This document shows, one piece after another, positions 14,810-31,400 of a DNA stretch of 64,000 nt. A program made the position numbers and the translations under genes. Within the stretch, counting starts at the first letter, position 1. Every line of letters starts with the position of its first letter. This DNA is from Eledone cirrhosa (Eukaryota): the NCBI GenBank assembly GCA_964016885.1, contig OZ024744.1, positions 89,218,001-89,282,000 of the forward strand. The letters run 5' to 3'. Under the pieces are notes generated by a model. The model saw only the letters and a program-made list of their open reading frames with translations, was not told where the DNA came from and made no database searches.

Positions 14810-15855
14810 GCACACACATTTACATTAACACACACATGCACACATATACACACATGCACACAAATGCACACACATATGCACACACGCAGACGCAGACGGA
14901 CGCTAATCAACATGAATACACAACGTTACTCAGGCACATACACACATACATACACACATACATACTTACGTACATACATACACATATACACACATACATA
15001 CACACATACATAGATGCATACATACATACATACATAGATACATACATACATACACAACACATACATACATGTACACATACATACATACTCATATATACAT
15101 ACATACATACATATATACACACACACATACACACATACATACATACATACACATACATACAAACATGCATTTCATACACATACACACACGCGCAGACGCA
15201 CGCTAATCAATATGAATACATAACGTTACACAGGCACATACATACATATATACATACACACATACACACATACATACATACATACATACATACATACATA
15301 CATACATACATACATACATACATACATACATACATACATACATACATACATACATACACAACACATACATACATGTACACATACATACATACACATATAT
15401 ACATACATACATGTTATATACCAACCCGCTTGGACCAAAGTATGACCGAACTTGGATTTGCGGACAAAAAGCGCAGCTCCCTAATTCATAGTCTACAAAT
15501 GGCTGCGATAGCTGGTACCTTCAAAATTTGCAAAACATTCTTGCGATTCAAGGGATGACAATTTCTTTTCTTTTACAACCTTGCCACCAGGAAGGTGACC
15601 GGTCAAAAAAATATACTCGAAATTAAGAGAAAGAGAAAACATACATACATACATACATACATACATACATAAATTCATATATACACACACACATACACAC
15701 ATACATACATACATACATACATACATTTATACACATATACACACACGCACGCTAATCAAAATGAATACACAACGTTACACAAGCACATACACACATACAC
15801 ATATACACACATACATACATACATGCATACATGCAAACATATATATACACACACA
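14810..15855 (+). repeat. Three ~300-bp units made of a ~50-bp anchor plus (CATA)n/(CA)n microsatellite
   Basis: Anchor CGCTAATCAA.ATGAATACA.AACGTTAC..A.GCACATA at ~14901, ~15201 and ~15750. Confidence 0.85.
15413..15639 (+). mobile_element. 5'-truncated 3' end of an RLE-type (R4/Dong/NeSL/CRE-like) non-LTR retrotransposon inserted in (CATA)n
   Basis: Encodes YIPTRLDQSMTELGFADKKRSSLIHSLQMAAIAGTFKICKTFLRFKG* (stop at 15558), resembling the C-terminal G(T/Y)IP...LQ.AA..GT.KI.(R/K)..L signature of restriction-like endonuclease ORFs; ~80-nt 3' UTR, then (CATA)n. Confidence 0.7.
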
Positions 15856-15859
15856 TGCT

Positions 15860-16137
15860 TGATGGCTGCTCCCTCGTTATCGAATATGGCCATTGCACGA
15901 TATACCATAGTTACGTCCCTTTACGATCTGAGTTCAAATCTCGCCGAAGTTGACTTTGCCTTTCATCCTTACGGGGTAGATAAATTAAAGTACCAGTAAT
16001 GCACTGGTTAATTGCTGGCCTTGTGCCTAACGTAGAAAAATATTATTAATAATTATTAATAAATTCTAATTTGCAATGACTGTGCGTGAAGATATTTTTT
16101 AAAGTGAGGAAAGACTGTGCACTGAACCAATCCTAAT
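15860..16137. mobile_element. Truncated copy of the RTE-like repeat seen at 52571-53062, carrying a nested SINE; cut off by satellite B
   Basis: GATGGCTGC.CCC..GTTATCGA.TATGGCCATTGCACGATA and TGTGCGTGAAGATATTTTTTAAAGTGAG.AAAGACTGTGCACTGA.CCAATCC are shared with the 52.6-kb locus. Confidence 0.7.
15907..16050 (+). mobile_element. tRNA-derived SINE, 5'-truncated
   Basis: B-box-like GAGTTCAAATC, core ACTTTGCCTTTCATCCTTACGGGGT.GATAAA.TAAAGTACCAGT, tail TTGCTGGCCTTGTGCC..GTAGAAA(ATT)n; four more copies in the window. Confidence 0.85.
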
Positions 16138-19100
16138 CACTTTCACACTACTACACATTCACACTATTACACATTCACACTCATACACATTCACAGAACT
16201 ACACATTCACACTATAACACGTTTACACAACTACACATTCAAACTACCACACATTCACAATATTACACATTCACACTATTACACATTCACACTACTACAC
16301 ATTCACACTACTACACATTCATACTACATTACATTCACACCACTACACATTCACACTACTACACATTCATACTACATTACATTCACACAACTACACATTC
16401 ACACTACTACACATTCACACTACTGCACATTTACACCACTACACATTCACACTACTACACAATTACACTACAACACATTCACACTACTACACATTCACAC
16501 TACTATACATTCACACTACTACACATTGACACTACTACACATTCACACTACTACACATTCACACTACTACACATCTCACTACTACACATTTACACTACTA
16601 CACATTCAAATACTACACATTCACACTATTACACATTCACACTTCTACACATTCACACTACTGAACATTCACACTACTACACATTCACACTACTACACAC
16701 ATTCACACAAATACACATTCACATTATTACACATTCACACTACTACACATTTGCACTACTACACACATTCACGCTACTGCACACATTTTCACTACTAAAC
16801 ATTCTGACTACTACACATTTACACTACTACACACAATTTCACACAACTACACATTCACACTACTACACATTTACACTACTACACATTCACATACTACAGA
16901 TTCACACTACTACACATTCACATTATTACACATTCACACTACTACACATTCACACTATTACACACATTCACACTATTACACACATCACACTACTACACAT
17001 TCACGCTACTGCACACATTTTCACTACTAAACATTCACACAACTACAAATTTACACTACTACAAACACATTCACACTACTACACATTTACACTACTACAC
17101 ATTCTCACTACTACACATTTACATTCTACACATGTACACTACTACACACACATTCACACTATTATACATTCACATACTACACATTCACACTACTACACAT
17201 TCACACTACAACACATTCACACTACTACACATTCACACTACTACACATTCACACTATTACACACATTCACACTACTACACACATTCATACTACTACACAC
17301 ATTCACACTACTACACATTCACACTATTACACGCATTCACACTACTACACACATTCACACTATTACACATTCACACTACTACACACATTCACACTACTAC
17401 ACATTCAAACTACTACACATTTACACCACTACACATTCACACTACTACACATTCACACTAGTATACACATTCACACTAGTACACATTCACACTACTACAC
17501 ATTTACACTACTACACATTCACACTACTATACATTAAACCTACTACACATTCACACTACTACACATTCACACTGCTACAGATTTACACCACTACACATTT
17601 ACACTACTACACTTTTACACTACTACACATTTACACCACTACACATTTACACCACTACACATTTACACTACTACACATTTACACTACGACACATATTTAA
17701 ACTACTACACATTTACACCACTACACATTCACACTACTACACACATTCACACTACTACACATTTACACCACTACACATTTACACTACTACACATTTACAC
17801 TAATACACATTTACACCACTACACATTCACACTACTACACACATTCACACTACTACACATTCACACTACTACACATTTACACCACTACACATTGATACTA
17901 CACACATTAACACTACTATACATTCACACTACTACACATTCACACGATTACACATTATCACTACTACACACATTCACACTACTACACACATTTACACTAC
18001 TACATATTCACTCTACTACACATTCACAGAATTACACACATTCAGACTACTAAACATTTTCACTACTAAACATTCACACTACTACACACATTTGCACTAC
18101 TACACATTCACACTACTACACATTCACACTACTACACACATTCACACTACTACACATTCACACTACTACACATTTACACCACTACACATTCATACTACTA
18201 CACATTAACACTGCTACACATTCACACTACTACACATTTACACCACTACACGTTCACACTACTACACAATTACACTACTACACATTCACACTACTACACA
18301 TTCACACTACTATACATTCACACTACTACACATTCACACTACTACACATTCACACTACTACACATTCACACTACTACACATCTCACTACTACACATTTAC
18401 ACTACTACACATTCAAATACTACACATTCACGCTACTACACATTCACACTATTACACATTCACACTTCTACACATTCACACTACTGAACATTCACACTAC
18501 TACACACATTCAGACTACTACACATTGACACTACTACACATTCACACTACTACACGTTCACACTACTACACATTCACATTATTACACACATGCACACTAT
18601 TACACACATCACACTACTACACATTCACATACTACCCATTCACACTACTACACATTCACACTACAACACATTCACACTACTACACATTCACACTACTACA
18701 CATTCACACTATTACACACATTCACAGTACTACACTTTCACACTACTACACATTCACACTACTACACACATTCACACGACTACACACATTCACACTACTA
18801 CACACATTCACACTACTACACATTCACACTATTACACACATTCACACTACTACACACATTCACACTACTACACATTCACACTACTACACACATTCACACT
18901 ACTACACATTCAATCTACTATAAATTTACACCACTACACATTCACACTACTACACATTCACACTAGTACACATTCACACTACTACACATTTACACTACTA
19001 CATATTTACACTACTACACATTTACACCACTACACATTTACACCACTACACATTTACACTACTACACATTTACACTACTACACATATTTACAGTACTACA

Positions 19101-19499
19101 CGTTTACACCACTACACATTCAAATTACTACACACATTCACACTACTACACATTTACACTACTACACACATTCACACTACTACACGTTCACTCTACTACA
19201 CATTTACACCACTACACATTCATACTACACACGTTAACACTACTATACATTCACACTACTACACATTATCACTACTACACACATTCACACTACTACACAC
19301 ATTCACACTACTACACTTTCGCAATACTACATATTTACACTACTACACACATTTAGACTACTACATATTCACTCTACTACACATTCACAGAACTACACAC
19401 ATTCAGACTACTAAACATATTCACTACTAAACATTCACACTACTACACATTCACACTACTACACACATTTGCACTACTACACATTTACACCACTACACA

Positions 19500-22400
19500 T
19501 TCACACTACTACACACATTCACACTACTACACGTTCACACTACTACACATTCCCACTACTACACACATTAACACTACTACACACATTCACTCTACTACAC
19601 ATTCACACTACTACACATTCACACTACTACACATTAACCCTACTATATACGTTCACACTACTACACTGTTACACTACTACACACACATTCACACTACTAC
19701 ACTTTCACACTACTTCACACATTCACACTACTACACATTCGCACTACTACATATTTACACTACTACACATTCACACTACTATACATTCGGACTACTACAC
19801 ACATTCAAATTACTACACACATTCACACTACAATACATTTACACTACTACACATTCACACTACTACACATTCACACTATTACACATTCACACTACTACAC
19901 ATTAACACTACTACATGTTGACACTACTACACATTTACACTACTGCACATTCACACTACTACACATTCCCACTCCTTCCCATTAATACCACTACACATTT
20001 ACACTACTACACATTTACACTAATACACATTTACACTACTACACGTTCACTCTACTACACATTTATACTACTACACATTTACACTACTACAAATTTACAC
20101 TACTACACGTTCACTCTACTACACATTGACACTACTACACACATTTACATAACTACACATTCACACTACTACACACATTCACACTACTACACATTCACAC
20201 TACTACACATTTAGACTACTACACACATTTACATAACTACACATTCACACTACTACACACATTCACACAGCTATACATTCACACTACTACACATTGACAC
20301 TAATACACATTTACACTACTACACACATTCACGCTATTGCACATATTTACAATACTACACATTCACACTACTACACATTTACACCACTACACATTCTCAC
20401 TACTACACATTAACACTACTATACATTCGCACTACTACACACATTCACACTACTATTCACATTCACACTACTACACATTCACACTACTACACATTTACAC
20501 CACTACACATGTACACTACTACACATTCACACTAATACACACATTTACACTACTATACATTCAAACTACTACACATTCAAACTACTACACAATAACATTA
20601 CTACACATTGACACAACTACATACATTCACACTACTACACATATTTACACCATTACACATTCACACTACTACACATTCACACTACTACACATATTTACAC
20701 TACTACACATTTACACCACTAAGCATTCACCCTATTACACACATTCACACTACTACACATTCACACTACTATACATTAAAACTACTACATATTTACACTA
20801 CTACACATTCACACTACTACACATTTACACTACTACACATTCACACTACTACACATTGACACTACTACATATTCACACTACTACACATTCACACTACTAC
20901 ACATTTACACTACTACACATTCACACTACTACACATTTGCACTACTACACATTCACACTACTACACATTCACACTATTAGACATTCACACTTCTACACAT
21001 TCACAATACTGAACATTCACGTTAATATACATTCACACTACTACACACATTCACACAACTACACATTCACATTATTACACACTGACACTACTACACATTT
21101 ACACTACTACACACAATTTCACACTACTACACATTCACACTACTACACATTTACACTACTACACATTCACATACTACACATTTACACTACTACACGTTCA
21201 CACTATTACACATTCACACTACTAAACATTCACACAACTACAAACATTCACAATATTACACACATTCACACTACTACACATTCACACTACTACACATTCA
21301 AACTACTACACACATTCACTCTACTACACATTCTCACTACTACACATTCTCACTACTACACATTCTCACTACTACACATTCACATACTACACGTTCACAC
21401 TACTACACATTCACACTACTTCACATTCACACTACTACACATTTACACCACTACACATTCATACTACTACACATTCAAACTACTACACAGTTACACCACT
21501 ACATATTCACACTACTACACATTCACACTAGTAGAGACATTCACACTACTACACACATTCACACTACTACACATTCACACTACTACACATTTAGACGACT
21601 ACACACATTCAAACTACTACTCATTCACAATACTACACATTTACACCACTACACATTTACACTACTACATATTTACACTAATACACATTTACACCACTAC
21701 ACATTTACACTACTACACATTCACACTACTCCACACATTCACACTACTACACATTCACACTACTACACATTTAGACGACTACACACATTTACACTACTAC
21801 ACATTCACACTACTACACATTCACACTACTACATACATCCACACAACTACAAATCTCACTACTACACATTTACACCACTACACATTTACACTACTACACA
21901 TTTACACTACTACACACATTCACACTACTACACATTTAGACTAGTATACACATTTACACTACTACACATTCACACTAGTATACATTAAACCTACTACACA
22001 TTCACACTTCTAGACATTCACACTACTACACATTCACGCTACTACAGGTTTACACTACTACACATTCACAATACTACACATTTAGACTGCTACACACATT
22101 TACATTACTACACATTCAAAGTACTACACATTTACACCACTACACACTTACACTATTACACATTTACACTACTACACATTCACACTACTACAAATATTTA
22201 CACTACTACACATTTACACCACTACACATTCACACTACTAGACACATTCTAAACTACTACACATTCACATTGCTACACATTTCCACCACTACACATTCAT
22301 ACTACACACATTAACACTACTACACATTCACACAACTACACATAAGACTACTACACATTCACACTACTACGCATTCTCACTACTACACACGTTCACACTA

Positions 22401-25400
22401 CTACACACCTTCACATTACTACACTTTCGCAATACTACATATTTACACTACTAAACACATTCAAACTACTACACACATTTACACTACTACATATTCACTC
22501 TACAACACATTCACAGAACTACACACATTCAGACTACTAAACATTTTCACTACTACACATTCACACTACTACACATATTTACACTACTACAGATTTACAC
22601 CACTACACATTCACACTGCTACACACATTCACACTACTACACATTCACACTACTACACATTTACACCACTACACATTTACACTACTACACATTTACACTA
22701 TTACACATTCACACTACTACACATTCACACTACTACATATTTACACTACTACACATTCACTCTACTACACATTTAGACGACTACACACATTTACACTACT
22801 ACACATTCACACTACTACACATTTACACCACTACACATTCACGGTACTAAAAATTCCCACTACTACACACATTAACACTACTACACACAGTCACACTAGT
22901 ATACAATTACACTACTACACATTTACACTACTACACATTTACACTACTACATATTTACACTACTATACATTTATACTACTACACATTCAGACTACTACAC
23001 ATTTACACTACTACACATTTACACTACTACACATTTACACTATTACACATTCACACTACTCCATATTTACACTACTACACATTCACTCTACTACACATTT
23101 AGACGACTACACACATTTACACTACTACACATTCACACTACTACACATTCACACTACTACATACATCCACACAACTACTAATCTCACTACTACACATTTA
23201 CACTACTACACATTCAAGTACTACACTTTCACACTGCTACACATTCACACTATTACACATTCACACTTCTACACATTCAGACTACTGAACATTCACACTA
23301 CTACACACATTCACACTATTACACATTCACACTACTACACACATTCACACAACTACACATTCACACTATTACACATTGACACTACTACACATTTACACTA
23401 TTATACACATTCACGCTACTGCACACATTTTCACTACTAAACATTCTGACTACTACACACTTACACTACTACACACAATTTCACACTACTACACATTTAC
23501 ACTACTACACATTCACATACTACACATTCACACTACTACACGTTCACACTATTATACATTCACACTATTATACATTCACACTACTACACATTCACACTAT
23601 TACACACATTCACACTATTACACACATTCACACTACTACACATTCAGACTAGTATTCACATTCACACTAGTACACATTCACACTACTACACATTTACACT
23701 ACTATACATTCACACTACTATACATTAAACCTACAACACATTCACACTTCTACACATTCACACTACTACACATTCACACTACTACAGATTTACACTACTA
23801 CACATTCACACTACTACACATTCACACTACTACACATTTACACCACTACACATTCATACTACACACATTAACACTACTACACATTCACACTACTACAGAT
23901 TTACACTACTACACATTCACACTACTACACATTTAGACTACTACACACATTTACATTACTACACATTCACACTACTACACATTTACACCACTACACATTT
24001 ACACTACTACACATTTACACTAATACACATTTACACCACTACACATTCACACTACTACACACATTCACACTACTACACATTCACACTGCTACACATTTAC
24101 ACCACTACACATTCATACTACACACATTAACACTACTACACATTCACACAACTAGACATTAAAACTACTACACATTCACACTACTATGCATTCTCCTACT
24201 ACAAACATTCACACTACTACACACATTCACACTACTACACACAGTCACCCTACTACACACATTCACACTACTACACTCTCGCAATACTACATATTTACTC
24301 TACTAAACACATTCAAACTACTACACACATTTACACTACTGCATATTCACTTTACAACACATTCACAGAACTACACACATTCAGACTACTAAACATTTTC
24401 ACTACTACACATTCACACTACTACATACATTCACACTACTACACGTTCACACTACTACACATTTACACCACTACACATTCATACTACACACATTAACACT
24501 ACTACACATTCACACTACTACACATTTACTCCACTACACATTCACGGTACTACACATTCCCACTACTACACACATTAACACTACTACACACATTCACACT
24601 ACTAGACATTCACACTACTACACATTCACACTACTACACATTCACACTACTATACACGTTCAGACTACTACACAGTTACACTACTACACATTTAAACTAC
24701 TACACATTTACACTACGACACATTTACACTACTACACATTCATACTACTACACATTCACACTACTACACATTTACACTACTACACATTCACTCTACTACA
24801 CATTTAGACGACTAAACACATTTACACTACTACACATTCACATTACTACACATTCACACTACTACACACATTCACACTACTACACATCTCACTTCTACAT
24901 ATTTACACTGCTACACATTCACACTACTACACATTCACACTACTACACACATTCACACTACTACACATTCGCACTACTACATATTTACACTACTACACGT
25001 TTACACTACTACACATTAACACTATTACATATTGACACTACTACACATTTACGCTACTACACATTTACACTACTACACATTTACACTACTACACATTCAC
25101 ACCACTACACATTCACACTATTAAACATTCACACTACTACACATTAACACTATTATACATTGACACTACTACACATTTACACTACTTCACATTCACACTA
25201 CTAAACATTTCCACTACTACACATTTACACCACTACATATTTACACTACTACACATTTACACTAATACACATTTACACTACTACACATTCACACTACTAT
25301 ACATTTAAACTACTACACATTTACACTACTACACATTTACACTACTACACATTCACACTACTACACATTCACACTACTGCACATTTACACTACTACACAT

Positions 25401-28400
25401 TCACTCTACTACACATTTAGACGACTAAACACATTTACACTACTACACATTCACACTACTACACGTTCACACTACTACACACATTCACACTACTACACAT
25501 TTACACTACTATACATTCACACTACTATACATTAAACCTACAACACATTCACACTTCTACACATTCACACTACTACACATTCACACTACTACAGATTTAC
25601 ACTACTACACATTCACACTACTACACATTTAGACTACTACACACATTTACATTACTACACATTCAAACTACTACACATTTACACTACTACACATTTACAC
25701 TAATACACATTTACACTACTACACATTCACATTACTACACATATTTACACTACTACACATTCACACTACTACACAGATTCCCACTACTACACATTCACAC
25801 TACTACACATTTACACCACTACACATTCACACTACTACACATTTACACCACTACACATTCATACTACAAACATTAACACCACTACACATTCACACTACTA
25901 CAGATTTACACTACTACACATTCACACTACTACTCATTTAGACTACTACACACATTTACATTACTACACATTCACACTACTACACATTTACACCACTACA
26001 CATTCACACTACTACACATTTACACTAATACACATTTACACTACTACACATTCACACTACTACACATATTTACACTACTACACATTTACACCACTACACA
26101 TTCACACTACTACACACATTCACACTACTACACATTCACACTGCTACACATTTACACCACTACACATTCATACTACACACATTAACACTACTACACATTC
26201 ACACAACTAGACATTAAATCTACTACACATTCACACTACTATGCATTCTCCTACTACACACATTCACCCTACTACACACATTCACACTACTACACTCTCG
26301 CAATACTACATATTTACACTACTAAACACATTTAAACTACTACACACATTTACACTACTGCATGTTCACTCTACAACACATTCACAGAACTACACACATT
26401 CAGACTACTAAACATTTTCACTACTACACATTCACACTACTACACACATTTACACTACTACACATTTACACCACTACACATTCACACTACTACATACATT
26501 CACACTACTACACTTCACACTACTACACATTTACACCACTACACATTCATACTGCACACATTAACACTACTACACATTCACACTACTACACATTTACACC
26601 ACTACACATTCACGGTACTACACATTCCCACTACTACACACATTAACACTACTACACACATTCACACTACTAGACATTCACACTACTACACATTCACACT
26701 ACTACACATTCACACTACTATACACGTTCAGACTACTACACAGTTACACTACTACACATTTACACTACTACACATTCACACTACTACACATTTAAACTAC
26801 TACACATTTACACTACGACACATTTACACTACTACACATTCATACTACTACACATTCACACTACTACACATTTACACTACTACACATTCACTCTACTACA
26901 CATTTAGACGACTACACACATTTACACTACTACACATTCACACTACTACACATTCACACTACTACACACATTCACACTACTACACATCTCACTTCTACAT
27001 ATTTACACTGCTACACATTCACACTACTACACATTCATACTACTACACACATTCACACTACTACACATTCGCACTACTACATATTTACACTACTACACGT
27101 TTAAACTACTACACATTAACACTATTACATATTGACACTACTACACATTTACGCTAATACACATTTACACTACTACACATTTACACTACTACACATTTAC
27201 ACTACTTCACATTCACACTACTAAACATTCCCACTACTACACATTTACACCACTACATATTTACACTACTACACATTTACACTAATACACATTTACACTA
27301 CTACATATTCACACTACTATACATTTAAACTACTACACATTTACACTACTACACATTTACGCTACTACACATTCACACTACTACACATTCACACTACTGC
27401 ACATTTACACTACTACACATTCACTCTACTACACATTTAGACGACTAAACACATTTACACTACTACACATTCAAACTACTACACGTTCACACTACTACAC
27501 ACATTCACACTACTACACATCTCACTTCTACATATTTACACTGCTACACACATTTACACTACTGCACATTCACACTACTACACATCCACACTACTACACA
27601 TTTACACTACTACACATTCAAATACTACACATTCAGACTATTACACATTCACACTACTACATATTCACACTACTACACATTCACGCTACTATACATTCAC
27701 ACTACTATACATTTACACTACTCAACATTTAAACTACTACACATTTACACTACTTCAGATTTACACTACTACAAATTCACATTACTTCACATTCACACTA
27801 CTACACATTCACACTACTACCCACATTCAAACTACTACACATTCACACTACTACACACATTTACACTACTACACAATCACATTACTATACATTCACACTA
27901 CTACACATTCACACTACTACACGCATTTACACCATTATACATTCACACTACTACACATTGACACTACTACACACATTTACACTACTACACATTTACACCA
28001 CTACACATTGACACTACTACATACATTCACACTATTACACATTCACACTACTACACATTGACACTACTACACATTCACACTACTACACAATTAAACTACT
28101 ACACATTCACACTACTACACGTTCACACTACTACACACTAAAACTACTACACATTCACACAACTACACACATTCATACTACTACACTTCCACACTACTAC
28201 ATATTTACACTACTACACACATTCACACTACTACACACATTCACACTACTACACGTTCACACTACTACACATTCCCACTACTACACACATTAACACTACT
28301 ACACACATTCACTCTACTACATATTCACACTACTACACATTCACACTACTACACATTCACCCTACTATATACGTTCACACTACTACACTGTTACACTACT

Positions 28401-31400
28401 ACACACACATTCACACTACTACACTTTCACACTACTTCACACATTCACACTACTACACATTCGCACTACTACATATTTACACTACTACACATTCACACTA
28501 CTATACATTCGGACTACTACACACATTCAAATTACTACACACATTCACACTACAATACATTTACACTACTACACATTCACACTACTACACATTCACACTA
28601 TTACACATTCACACTACTACACATTAACACTACTACATGTTGACACTACTACACATTTACACTACTGCACATTCACACTACTACACATTCCCACTCCTTC
28701 CCATTAATACCACTACACATTTACACTACTACACATTTACACTAATACACATTTACACTACTACACGTTCACTCTACTACACATTTATACTACTACACAT
28801 TTACACTACTACAAATTTACACTACTACACGTTCACTCTACTACACATTGACACTACTACACACATTTACATAACTACACATTCACACTACTACACACAT
28901 TCACACTACTACACATTCACACTACTACACATTTAGACTACTGCACACATTTACATAACTACACATTCACACTACTACACACATTCACACAGCTATACAT
29001 TCACACTACTACACATTGACACTAATACACATTTACACTACTACACACATTCACGCTATTGCACATATTTACAATACTACACATTCACACTACTACACAT
29101 TTACACCACTACACATTCTCACTACTACACATTAACACTACTATACATTCGCACTACTACACACATTCACACTACTATTCACATTCACACTACTACACAT
29201 TCACACTACTACACATTTACACCACTACACATGTACACTACTACACATTCACACTAATACACACATTTACACTACTATACATTCAAACTACTACACATTC
29301 AAACTACTACACAATAACATTACTACACATTGACACAACTACATACATTCACACTACTACACATATTTACACCATTACACATTCACACTACTACACATTC
29401 ATACTACTACACATATTTACACTACTACACATTTACACCACTAAGCATTCACCCTATTACACACATTCACACTACTACACATTCACACTACTATACATTA
29501 AAACTACTACATATTTACACTACTACACATTCACACTACTACACATTTACACTACTACACATTCACACTACTACACATTGACACTACTACATATTCACAC
29601 TACTACACATTCACACTACTACACATTTACACTACTACACATTCACACTACTACACATTTACACTACTACACATTCACACTACTACACATTCACACTATT
29701 AGACATTCACACTTCTACACATTCACAATACTGAACATTCACGTTAATATACATTCACACTACTACACACATTCACACAACTACACATTCACATTATTAC
29801 ACACTGACACTACTACACATTTACACTACTACACACAATTTCACACTACTACACATTCACACTACTACACATTTACACTACTACACATTCACATACTACA
29901 CATTCACACTACTACACGTTCACACTATTACACATTCACACTACTAAACATTCACACAACTACAAACATTCACAATATTACACACATTCACACTACTACA
30001 CATTCACACTACTACACATTCAAACTACTACACACATTCACTCTACTACACATTCTCACTACTACACATTCTCACTACTACACATTCTCACTACTACACA
30101 TTCACATACTACACGTTCACACTACTACACATTCACACTACTTCACATTCACACTACTACACATTTACACCACTACACATTCATACTACTACACATTCAA
30201 ACTACTACACAGTTACACCACTACATATTCACACTACTACACATTCACACTAGTAGAGACATTCACACTACTACACACATTCACACTACTACACATTCAC
30301 ACTACTACACATTTAGACGACTACACACATTCAAACTACTACTCATTCACAATACTACACATTTACACCACTACACATTTACACTACTACATATTTACAC
30401 TAATACACATTTACACCACTACACATTTACACTACTACACATTCACACTACTCCACACATTCACACTACTACACATTCACACTACTACACATTTAGACGA
30501 CTACACACATTTACACTACTACACATTCACACTACTACACATTCACACTACTACATACATCCACACAACTACAAATCTCACTACTACACATTTACACCAC
30601 TACACATTTACACTACTACACATTTACACTACTACACACATTCACACTACTACACATTTAGACTAGTATACACATTTACACTACTACACATTCACACTAG
30701 TATACATTAAACCTACTACACATTCACACTTCTAGACATTCACACTACTACACATTCACGCTACTACAGGTTTACACTACTACACATTCACAATACTACA
30801 CATTTAGACTGCTACACACATTTACATTACTACACATTCAAAGTACTACACATTTACACCACTACACACTTACACTATTACACATTTACACTACTACACA
30901 TTCACACTACTACAAATATTTACACTACTACACATTTACACCACTACACATTCACACTACTAGACACATTCTAAACTACTACACATTCACATTGCTACAC
31001 ATTTCCACCACTACACATTCATACTACACACATTAACACTACTACACATTCACACAACTACACATAAGACTACTACACATTCACACTACTACGCATTCTC
31101 ACTACTACACACGTTCACACTACTACACACCTTCACATTACTACACTTTCGCAATACTACATATTTACACTACTAAACACATTCAAACTACTACACACAT
31201 TTACACTACTACATATTCACTCTACAACACATTCACAGAACTACACACATTCAGACTACTAAACATTTTCACTACTACACATTCACACTACTACACATAT
31301 TTACACTACTACAGATTTACACCACTACACATTCACACTGCTACACACATTCACACTACTACACATTCACACTACTACACATTTACACCACTACACATTT

